From assembly GCF_003918875.1 (NCBI RefSeq), contig NW_025766976.1, positions 992,001 to 1,056,000 of the forward strand: a stretch of DNA of 64,000 nt, given 5' to 3'. A program made the position numbers and the translations under genes. The notes under the pieces were generated by a model. It made no database searches and was not told where the DNA came from. It was given only the letters and a program-made list of their open reading frames with translations. This DNA is from Haliotis rubra. Taxonomy: Eukaryota. Positions 37,977 through 50,100 of the stretch are shown piece by piece (position 1 is the first letter of the stretch; the number at the start of each line of letters is the position of its first letter).

Positions 37977-38179
37977 TTAGTGCCTAAACGTCTGTACGAG
38001 GGTCCTGCTCTCTGTCTGTGTCTGTTGGTGTACTCGGGACTTCCTCCGGCGACAGAAACACATGATTATTATCCCAAGTATCGCGGAAAACAGAATGAGT
38101 ACCGTGGCCTCTGACGTCACAGTTATGAGGAAAACGTCACTTCCGGCGTTCTTTGTCGCTTGTTCCGATGGTCCATGAC
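37977..38179 (-). CDS. Gene B exon 10, TM helix and cytoplasmic tail
   Basis: GHGPSEQATKNAGSDVFLITVTSEATVLILFSAILGIIIMCFCRRRKSR...QTFRH*; ttttcaAG acceptor; basic stop-transfer RRRKSR. Confidence 0.88.
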
Positions 38180-41100
38180 CTTGAAAAACATTTTTGGGCA
38201 TGTATAAAATGAAGTTATTATTATCTGAGTGAATAAGACATATGACAAAACATATGTACATTGTACAATCACTGTACTTGAACTATATATATAATTATAT
38301 TTTGTACATCATATGTAATCAAATGCAAGTTATCCCGAGCATTCTCATGTGACAGTCAATTTCTAAGAACATGTAAGGTACTTGCTAACTTCAACACTTC
38401 CGAGCGAGTTTGCTTTCAAAACCTTTACATGTGATTCAGATATATAGAATGCCATCCACGAATCTTTCATGATGTGATTTATATCACCTGCTGAACGAAG
38501 TAATGTTTTGTAGTAATCGATAGCAGTAAAACATACTGTTGTAAGGTTGCATAACAAGCCAGAGGCTCATATTACACTTCTCATACTGTCCAAATAAGAA
38601 ACATAGGACATCGGACCCTGATCTAATATTGATGAAGATCGGCGAGAGGATGTTGTTTTATGCCGAGTTTAGCGTTGCGCCTGCCATAACGCATGTACAG
38701 CGGTGGGACACATTCATGCACTGGGGGCGGTGGGGTAGCCTAATGGTTAAAGCGTTGGCTCGTCACACCGAAGACCCGGGTTCGAATCCCCACATGGGTA
38801 CAATGTGTGAAGCCCATTTCAGGTGTCCCCCGCCGTGATGTTGCTGGAATATTGCTAAAAGCGGCGTAAAACCAAACTCTCTCAGTCATGCACTGGGCGC
38901 ATTCATGCATGGGACGCATTCGTGCATGAGACACATGCATGTGGCTTCATAAGTTGTACTTGTATCAAGAGTCACCCACGCCAATCCACTGCCGGGTACC
39001 TACCTGACCTATTGGGCTGAGGATCCAATATCGTGAGCACCCTGGTCAGCTCGGCCTCGTCTTGGTCAAGAGAACGTCTCCGTCGACTACTGCTAGGACA
39101 CGGGACCTGAAACATGTGACTTGTGAAAACAAATGACGTCAGAACAGAAGGATCATGTACAACTGCCTTTCAAAATCAGCATAGTGCACGATAGAGCATC
39201 CAGCGAATGTAAATCGTTCTCCATGTCAAAATACCCGAGTAAGCGTTTAAGCAAATTTCATTTAGTTATCTATTCACCCTCGTATATCATTTCATGTACA
39301 TAATCATATCTGGATTTGAGCGTTGTTTTACACCCCATGAAAACATATTCCAGCTACATTACGGTGCCTATGGATAAGCGAGTCTGGGCCTCGATTTTCG
39401 AAGCTCTCTCAGCGCTAAGATAGTCGTAAGTGCCATACATTAGCAGCAGAAAATCTAGGCCCTGGACCAGAGAGCCCAGTGGTCGTATTATGAATAATGA
39501 TCCACACCTACGGGGTATGCTTACACGCAGTAATCTAAGTGACCTCAAGTAGTTTGACTCTTACGGCTTACCGTAGTGGTCAAGGAGTGAGTGTGTATTG
39601 TTTGACGCCGTTTTTAGCAATATTCAAGCAATATCACAGTGGAGCACAGTGGTGTAGTGGTTAGCATGCTGGCCTCTCACGCCACAGGCCCGGGTTCGAA
39701 TCATCCCGGTGGAGACACCAAAATTTGTGACCTGGGTCTCATACTGTGTTGTGTACCTGGGCAAGATTCTTAGTCCACTTTGCACTAAGTCCACCCAGCT
39801 GTTGAAAATGGGATCTACGGACCTATAGCGGCTTTGAAAGTACAATTCCGTCAGGGTAATAATGTAACGCCACAGAGCAGCATCGTGTTGGATTCTAGGC
39901 GCAACACTTAACATTATTATTGTTATTATTATTATTATCACGGCGTGGGGACACCAGAAATAGGCTTTACACATTGTACCCATGAGGGGGAATCGAACCC
40001 GGGTCTTCGACGGGACGAGTGAACGCTTTAACCACTAGGCTATCAAACCGCTCCTGGTGGTCATGGAAGTAAAGGTCACGGTAGACATGTTTTGTTCTTG
40101 CCGAGTACGTATTCGTAAACTCACACTTTCACAGTCGTCGTCCACGATGCAGACTTTAACAATAAACCGGAGAGCAATGCTGTCGCTGGAGACGAACTTA
40201 AAAGTTCTCAATCGGAAAGTGATAGTTGACTTGACGGCGGGGTCAGGGGGGCCGGGAACGTCCTCCAACACCGACAACACCGTCGTGTCCAAACACCTTC
40301 ACGGAAACAAATGATATATTCAACAACATATAAAATTCTGTTTACCAATATATATATACAGTTATTGCATATGGTCGAAAATATACACATGTGTACTAAG
40401 GGAGATAACTCGGCACACATTTCACAAAACGATCTGCATTATATATAGATGTGTTAAAAATCATTATTTCCCGGTCTCAGAACATCTGCTGTAATTTTCT
40501 TACCCTCCTGTAACCAAGGTAACAGCATCTGTGGCTGTATCCGGAGGGCCGTTTGTGACGACAGCTGTCTCAAGTCTCAAAGCTGCAAACTCTGATCATA
40601 TAAAGGTGTTACGGGGATGATTTGTAGGCCGCTTCAGTCACTTTACAATGCTCCGTTACAACGTTTGTGAAATTCGTTTCTATGTCATATTTCCTCATTA
40701 CTTAAATGTCTGATTTGTGATCAGTTCCGAATAATGCGATTACTCTAAGCAACACGCGTTTCTCTTCTTTGTAAAGAGAGGCTGTTACACTTTTTTACCT
40801 TAATATGTCGGAAGAGTGAGTTAAAATTTAAAGTCACATCGGCAATATTTCAGCCATATCGTGACTATATGTCGGAAGAGAATGAACTCTTAGTAGTTCT
40901 CAAAGGGTCATCATGACCATGTAGTTATGATTGTGGCACGATCAATGATCATTATCTGGTTCAATTGTTTACATCTACACCTTGAGCTAAATCAGTGCGT
41001 CAGAATGGACCACGGTTATTGGCTCCAGATGTCTGTCTAGCCCGAGAGGAGAAACACCCGATCAAATAGAATATCCTTAGAAGACGTTGACCACGCACAA

Positions 41101-44100
41101 TTGATAATTTGATCGACGGGAAGGATATAATTGGCGAAATTATTAGGGCTGTGTATTGGCAAATACATTGTATTGCACTATGTTGCGATTCAGGTAACCA
41201 TATTGCGATACGTATTGCTATATATAGGGAACTAAGATATTTGACAGTGAGTGACACTAATTGTGTATGTCAATTCTATTTTCTACATTAAAAGTCCCTA
41301 AAAATATATTTTATGGTTCTGATGACAGAAATCTCGAAATTAGGTTGCATAGTCATGGATTCTATTTTCTTTTTTATACACTTTATAGTGCTACAGTATG
41401 GCCCTTTGTCATTAAATAACGAAGGGAAACATTTGCTGTGCATGAAAGTATGTGTAGATTTTAATTTAAACCATAAAGATAATAACAAAAAAATTAAGAT
41501 ATATTCTTTATCCAATATACCGGTTCTCAGAAAAAATATTGCAATACGTATCGTTTGAAAAGCGTATTGCAATATACCGGTAAAATGGTAATATCGTGCA
41601 ACCCTACAAATTATCCTGGTGTATGTTCATGTCTTTTCAATTTATGGATCAGTGAATGATATTGATGTGATTGATTAATTTTGTAAATTAGTTAACGCTG
41701 AGGTTATATAAATGCTAATTTGTTAGATTAAGTCACCATTCAACTTTATCTTTCACTTGTATCTAAAGCTGTGGAGTAGTCTTGTGGATAAAGCGTTCAT
41801 TCATTACGCCAAAGTCCCAAGTTCTATTCTCTTCACGGGTACATAGCTTGAAGCCCATTTCGCGTGTCCCTTGCCGTGATATTGTGGAATATTTCTAAAA
41901 GCAGTCCGTCAGCCTCTTACTTCACATGTAAAAACAGTGTAACAACTACTTTTTCAAAAGATGGCGTTCCTTGAATTTGTACGCGGCAAGTTTTTACCAA
42001 ATCAGTCACTGGATTTTCTGGTCCAGCGATCACATGATGTCGCATGTACTGCTGTGCGACGTCAGGCAAGAAAGACTAACTTGTTTGACAAGCATCCCTT
42101 GGGGGTTGGCGAATGACAAAGTAGACACATTTCCAACTCCTTGTAAATACAAGGCGTATATGATACCCGTTGAGCAAGACATGCTTACCCTTTTCTGTAT
42201 CAGCTAATGTCGTCACAGTGTCTGTTTCTGTGACCCATTCGTTATACAGTTTTCACTGCCTACTGCATCCAAACAAATGTGTTTCTGTAGATATTCGAGA
42301 CTGAATATCCTCTGACGTTGTATTATTGTATTGTAAATTCGTTCGAATTATCGGATGTCCGGATTAACATATCGCTCCCAACAGTAATCGCCAGGAAGGC
42401 GGGGTGTTTGGATAAACGGGATCGGGCTTACGTTTGTTTTGGGTTTTTGTTAGCTATTCCAGCTATATGGACAATCAAGTGATCAACAGCATGGACATCG
42501 ATCCACGAAACGTGGATACGATGACATGTGTCAACCAAGTCAGCGAGCCTGACCACCCGACCCCGTCTCTTACGACATGCATGGGTTACTGAAGACCAAT
42601 TCTAACCCGGATCTTCACGGGTATCCGGGCTTATGAATATTCATCATACGAGAAACGGTGTCAGTCACGAAATCTTTGTAGAATACTGTTTTCATTAACT
42701 TCATTTAAACGTATGCTAAAGATATTACTCCACATCGAGGTTTTGTTAATCCAGACACTGTTAATCCGGGCGACTGGGGATTATATTTTCCGAAACACAG
42801 TTTGAAATGAATTATTTTGTTAGGCAGACCTGTATTTTGAGCTAATAAGGGCATGATCGATCTATATCTATTCATATGTCATGCCGGACTCTACATGCTA
42901 ATAAATTCCAGCAAGTGAGCATAATGGTTAGTGATATATTTACCAGATGGGGGGGGACGCTGAATGTAAACACAAGCACCATGCCAACTGAGACGGGTGT
43001 GTCCACCAGTACAGTTCCATCAACTGTGGTAATTACCATGGTAACCGGATTGAAGGTACTGCTTACCACTTGCCGTTTCAGAACAAACCTGGACAATGTG
43101 AAAAACAACATGGATGGATTATAAGGCCCTGTTGTCTGATAGAGATTTAACGTAAAGTAGTAAGAATTTGCATGGTTTCATTTTGAACATGTCAGTTTGT
43201 AACACTAAAATCCATATTCATTTGATAGTTTCGTGATTTACTGGAACATCGATTACGTGGACAGCACGTTTGTTGTTTCACTCCAATAAGTACAAAAATA
43301 GTAATAATTTGTAATTGTTACTTTTTGGCTCTATTAAGATTTAACAATTTTTTTATTAAAATAACCGGATATAGTTAATATTACCTGTACACAATAACAG
43401 ATAATATAACCAATTTTGAGTAAATAAAAGTTACAAAAATAAATCAAAATATTTGCAGTTAGTTTGGACAGACTTTGTAATGGTATTATCTTCAAGCATG
43501 GAAATCGCCTCTTTCCAACTTAGACAATTTAGATATAGAAATACATACACATAGTAAGAAACAGAATTATCATAAACTGCCAGAAAGAAAATTAAGAAAT
43601 AACATTACAAACTTAATTCAATCTAGGCTAAAACTAGCCCACGAAACATTGCAAATATAAAGTCCAAACCACATAATCTATTAGATCTATGATACCTGTA
43701 GCAAATACTTCACCGACGGGTTACCATTTCTTGCATTTCAATCATTTTAAAAAGAATTCTGGCCTGTTCGGTAACTATTGCAGTGTGAAATGTTCCACTG
43801 ACATACTCATCTGCAGCAACGGAAAAGGACGTTGCAGCGACGTCGACACCACTGAGATTGAGGGTATTAGTCAGCGTCACTTGAAGGTCAAGGCCGGTGA
43901 TGTAGGTGTCTCTGAACTGGATGGTCACCTGGCGGACTACGGTTGTACTATTCTAAAGCAATATGGGAATTATATTTCGTAAGATTATCTTCAAGTATTC
44001 CATAAAATAATCACTTAATGATGTTGTAATGTTAGTGATGTCATGTTATTGATATATACATATATTTAATGAATCATACACTTTGACAATCAGCGTTAAG

Positions 44101-47100
44101 TGCAATGAACGTAATGCATGTAATTAAGAAATACACTTCGCTCTACCACTATGTATAGTGTAATAAAACACACTTTTGCCCTGAACTGTTATAGTTAAAG
44201 CACGAGGACGCTTGCGTCCGAGTGCTTTAACGTTATAAAAGTTCAGGGCGAAAGTGTGTTTAATTACACTATACATGGTGGTAGGGCGAACTGTATTTCT
44301 TTTCTAAGATGCCAAATTTAATACTTTCTAAAGATAATTACGATTAATTTAAGGCAGAAAACAAACGACGGTGCCGGTGACCTAAATTAAGAATCCTCGC
44401 ACAGGGCTAACTGGCGCGCTGTTCTATTGATGTGTCTGCCCCAGTTTGATGACGGTTTACGTTCGGATTAAATATCTTCTTTGAATTATTTTAATCACAT
44501 CTGTCATTAACATAAACCATATGGGGCAATATGAACGTTGCATTTCTACTACCAGCGTAAGTTTAGATCAGTACATCCAGAGGAAGTTGAGTAGTCAAGC
44601 GACATTCCACAATTGCATTGTGGGAATGTACACATTACGAACGTTACCGTGTCGCTGAAAACTTGTGAGTCGAAATGAGACATTTTAACCGTCGTAAAGC
44701 ATAAACGTAATGTTTCCACCAGTGATGTTAGCTGCGTGAAGCAACAGCAAACCAAGAAACTGGATGCAACGGTGTAGTTTACTGTAGGAGGCCGTACGAG
44801 GCGATGACAACTGACATGCATCGTGACGTCGCTTACATTGTGATGTAATGTAAAAATGGTTCGATTACGAGGGGGCACACTAGAATGGCGCAGTGACGGG
44901 ATAACGTCATTTAATTGTTACGTCATCAAAAAACTATACCTTTATTGTCTGATAATGTATTTTTTTTCGATTATTCTAACCGCTAGGCATCTTAGAATGA
45001 TATTCACACGCTGAATATTTTATCTTTTAAAAGTCATAAACTGTTGGATCTCTTATTCACTCGAACGTCGTCTTCGTCGAACCCAGGACCGCCATTTTCC
45101 TCAGACTCGGATCCGGACGGGTATCGACACAACATTACTGATTAGTAGTGTACCCTCACCTTCGAGACGTCTACAAGAATACCACTGGTCAGATCATGAG
45201 ACACCCGCGGCCGCAATCGCATCCAGTTAGTTTTGATATCTCACCTCACAGCCATCCCTGGTGAATGTTACCTAAACCTTAGGTGCCCCCATACTTATCG
45301 CCTGTATGATAGTACCTACCATTATAAAAGAAGACCAGGCTAGCTATTCCCGAAACGTAAGTAACCCTACGAACTTCTTAAGCCCATTCTTAACACACCG
45401 GCTACGATCAAAGTTAAGAATTTTTAGGGCTACGGACGTTTCGAGAATAAGGGCCCAGGCTTACACAAGATTTTGCTATGAAAGTTGGGCAAGCCCTCGA
45501 TACTATCTAAATAAAAAGCTTTGCAACCTATCGAGCTCACACGAAAACAATGGCTTGCCACGCGCCTGTCCTCCCTGCCCCCTCTTTCTCACTCGCAATA
45601 TGTCGGCGGTAAACCCTAACTCTCTAGGTGTCCACATAATCATCACCTGTATGATCTACCTCTTCTTCCCTCCCGACACACAACACGTTGGGTTAGTACC
45701 TAAAACTGTTATCGCATCTTACCTCCCCCTACCACTGTCCTCCCCACCCACCCCAACCCACAACAAGTCAGTCCTGTACCCTCACCTTTGAGGCGTCCCC
45801 ACATACGTCGCCTGTATGGTCGAAATCTCCGTAGTATCCCTCCAAGTGGTCGGGGACGTCGTCAGCTGGGTCAGGGGGGTCAGGAACACGAGCCAACAGA
45901 CAGTCAGGGATGTTTCGGTAGCCGGAAACGTAGATGAGGCCGAGGAAGTTGGAGGATGGGTTGATGTTGATGATCATCTTAGTTGCAGTGCTCTCTGCGT
46001 CATCTAGTTTGTCATCAAAGGAGCAATTAGAACGAGTGATGAAACATGTCCTCATACAAATACTTCCTTCGATTCTGTTTAAATCTATAATTTCACTTTA
46101 TTTTCTTAAGTATAAAACGGACCTATTCAAATGAACTTCCAACTGCAATGCATTACAAGCAAGGGTCTGCAGCTCTTTTTTACAACCATTTCTTGTATGA
46201 AAGTACGTGGGAAGGAAGGCATATTCACATCCTTTTTTATACTTAAAACTATCGGTCTTAAAGATTAAAGTACATGTATGTATTTTCCAATTCGGATCAG
46301 ACTGTATCGCCTAATGTGCATTTTATGTCACCCGTGAGGGTTCAGGGATGGAATGTGTCTAAAGCAACCTATGTTTATTGCAAGATGCGAATTAGTGGAC
46401 TGGGTCACCCATTAGATTTTGCTTTACTTCTGGCAGCTGAAACCTCAGCTATATAACTATAACATAATGTTTATGTCATGACTTCATTCTAGTCATATAA
46501 ATAAGTTGGTTGGTTGGTTCTAACACCCAGCAATATTCCAGCTGTATTGCGGCGGTATGGAAATACTCGAGTCTGGACCAGACAATCCAGTGATCAACTG
46601 CATGAGCATCAATTGGGATACGATGACTGTGTCAACCAAGTCAGCGAGCCTGACAACCCGATCCCGTTAGTCGCCTCTTACGATAAGCATGGGTTGCTGG
46701 AGACCAATTCTAACCCGGATGTTCACGGTTATATAAATACGTATTTTTATGTAGTTATTATAATATTGTTTGCGTTACTTTGTTTGTGTCAGTGAAATAG
46801 AGCAATATATATATAAGCAACATCGCGGAGCCCTGTTCGCCTCTAAGGACGTGTGTTGAGACAGTGTGGGTATTGTTAATATCAATCAGCATTGTGATAG
46901 ATTATTAAAAACTATAATTCTTACATCGCCTGTACGAACACGTGAGTCCGTAGTAGTCCTCTGGACAATAGCAGGAAGTAGAGTTATCTGCCCCTGTGTA
47001 GCATGTTCCTCCATTTTCGCACTTCGTCCTGTTACAGGCTGCAGAATTCACGTGATCTACAAAGACATGCATTTTGATACTAGCGAGTGGATTGGGTTTA

Positions 47101-50100
47101 AAGAATCTGAAGCAGTGAAAAGTATTTGTACGTCGTGGTAGACGTGGTGTTGGGATGAACCCAGAGCGACACATTTCCATCCTCCTCAGCCAGCTGACCA
47201 AACAACGTTCATAATCATAATATGTGAACATCAGATGGCAATAATCGCTGGATCCTGTCGCTGGATCGCTGCTCAACTAACTAAAGGTCCTTTGTCCTGT
47301 GGGGAAATAGTACCCAAAACACAGTCAGTCAAATTATGCAGAATCCTAAGATATTTTTTTCGCGGACAGTTTAATTTTGTCAACACAACCCAACATGCCA
47401 AGACAGGATGTTTGTTTTGGTATGCCAGGCTTCCCGGCGAGATGACAAATGCCACAGAAAAGATTGTATGTGCTTGGTCAGGCGATATATTAGGCAATAT
47501 TAAATTTCATCTACAAAATCCTGAAAAAGGGATAAAGAAATCTTTTGAAATTTAGAGCATTATTTGTATAGTGCATAAAGTGGTACAGGGAGTTGATTGT
47601 ATTTCGTTCTGGATGGGTACATTTGAAAATAGTGCGGAACACGAAGCCTTGGACTGTACGATATGGGCGGATGCTGAAGGAGTGGATTTCATCTTTGAAG
47701 GGTATCTGTATAAATTTAGCAGATATTGTCACAACTTTGTGTTATCCAAACATTTGAAAATTTTGTTTGTAGGAGCAGTAGACATAAACAAGTAATCAAG
47801 TTTTGCCAAGCCGGTATTATTTCATGAATGGTCGTTGGATAATAATATCGTTCTATGGTCCATGGAGAGTAGCAATAATTATCATAATGAAAAATCGTCG
47901 TAATATATAACGTCAGCTTCGTAGCACAACCGATCTCGACTATCCGCGGGAAAAGAATCCATTGGGAGTAAAAAGGAAATATATCGCTGAAAATGTATAG
48001 TAAAAATTGTATCATTACACATCAATGATTAGTTGTGAACAGGCCGGTTAGAGTGCCCTGTCCATTCGTTTGCATAAAAGGGTAACATATGTTGTTTGTT
48101 GCATCACGTCACGCATGTACTCGTGTGGCAGTTTCATCCTACCTTGCCCTGGACAGTATCACGTGATGTTTTTTCTCTTAAATTCTTAAGTACACATGCA
48201 TTCAACCAAGTCTGGATGTTTTTCGTAATGTCTCTGTATGTTTTGACAAAGCTGTCAGAAATCTATAAAAGTACTGGCGCTGCCTTGCTGTAGAGAAGTA
48301 TTGGAAAAGACAAAAACTGAAAAATTCCGTAAAATTATAGAAGTGTAAAATAAATCTCTTTTACATTTTAGTGGTAATGCGTGACTAATTTCATCAGCTT
48401 GGCCAGATTAAACTGAATGTACAATATTGACAATGATGATATGTCGCATGTTAGAATGTTTCAACATTAAATCGATCTTTTTGTATATACTATCAAATTA
48501 CGTTAGTGCCATTATACTTTATATAATGGGTTTCTCGGTGGCAAGTACATAACGCACATTGTTGTAACATTATCAAGAATATTTATCACACATAGTTCAA
48601 GAGGTCATTGAAAATTCATGATTTAATGCTTATCTTATTACCTTTTAGAGCATTACATCTCATGAAATATTAAACACGACCTTTTTTACCTGATTTGTTT
48701 AGAAATCATGAAATAATGTTTCAGATGTTGGAGATGCATCGACAAACACTAGTGTCTAGCGGATCAGATGACAACCGGAGGCTTAATAGTACAAGTGACA
48801 CTTTCTGTGGTAGAACTGCTCTCCATACATTCTCCATTACTCATTCGCCCGCATTGTGTCCACACACAAAAAACATTTATGGCTTCACAGATATAAAACT
48901 ATCTTACCCTTGATATGATCTGGCCCCGTTTGGATTGTTCAACCGGACTTTATTTTTAAGCAATTCCACGGATCTGGCCACTATATCACCAGGACAACCA
49001 CACCCTGTTATTCTTATGGAAAGTCAAGTCATTGTTCTTCATATCTAACAGTACCACCTGGTGATCGTCATCATTCCGTCCCATTGCCCTCACCCCCGGG
49101 AGAGGAGGGACAGACACCATAACATCCGACATTCATTATGGTCATCGCATGATCCCGCCCCACCCAACACACACACGTTGACAGAGTGACAGTGTTGTAA
49201 TACGAGGCCGTGTCTATTGCAATACGCCAAAGAGGGATGTTCGGGAATATAAGGCTAATCATACCCCCTGGCGGCGCAACACCTAGCACCCCGTAACACA
49301 TACAGGAAATAGGTCATAATATTCATTGCAGAAAGTTATCAGTGATTTTATTACCTACTGGTCATTTATTACGGGGGAGATTGTGGTGATGATGAGGGAG
49401 TGGGGGGTATAGGGCGGTGATGTAGGTCATTGGACTCAATCATGATATATTGCTGAAGGAAGTAATATTTTTTATCCATCTATATTCTACTTCACCCTAT
49501 AATGCATAACCATTTCCTTAATAATGGTCAAATGTACTTTCATTTGTATTAGAAACGAATGCGATGTATCAACTCCCAATGTATATATATCTACATGTAT
49601 CATTTATTTATCCCTCTCTATCTCACTCTCTCCTCCCCNNNNNNNNNNNNNNNNNNNNNNNNNNNNNNNNNNNNNNNNNNNNNNNNNNNNNNNNNNNNNN
49701 NNNNNNNNNNNNNNNNNNNNNNNNNNNNNNNNNNNNNNNNNNNNNNNNNNNNNNNNNNNNNNNNNNNNNNNNNNNNNNNNNNNNNCCCTCTTTTCTCTTT
49801 CCCTCACTTCTCTTTTCTCTTTTCTCTCACTGCCCTCTCCCCTCTTCATTTTCTACTAATCTCTCCTCTCTCTTTACTCTCAATTCCCTCTCCCCCACTC
49901 TCTTTTCTGTCTATTAATCACTCTTCTCTCTCTTTTCTCACTTCTCTCTCCTCCTCCCTCTCTTTTTTTTAATCTCTCCTCCCTCGCTCCTTTCTGTCTC
50001 TCAGTCATACAGGAAGTACCGCAGCCACAATCTCCACCTCTCTCCAAGCTTTGTGTAAATGTAGCCTGTAATGATGCATAATAAGCATAAAAAAACACTT

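Noticed and set aside
47235-47795. Cluster of 70-106 aa ORFs in gene B intron 2
   Set aside because: No recognisable domain or consistent splice structure; could be a decayed element but cannot be supported
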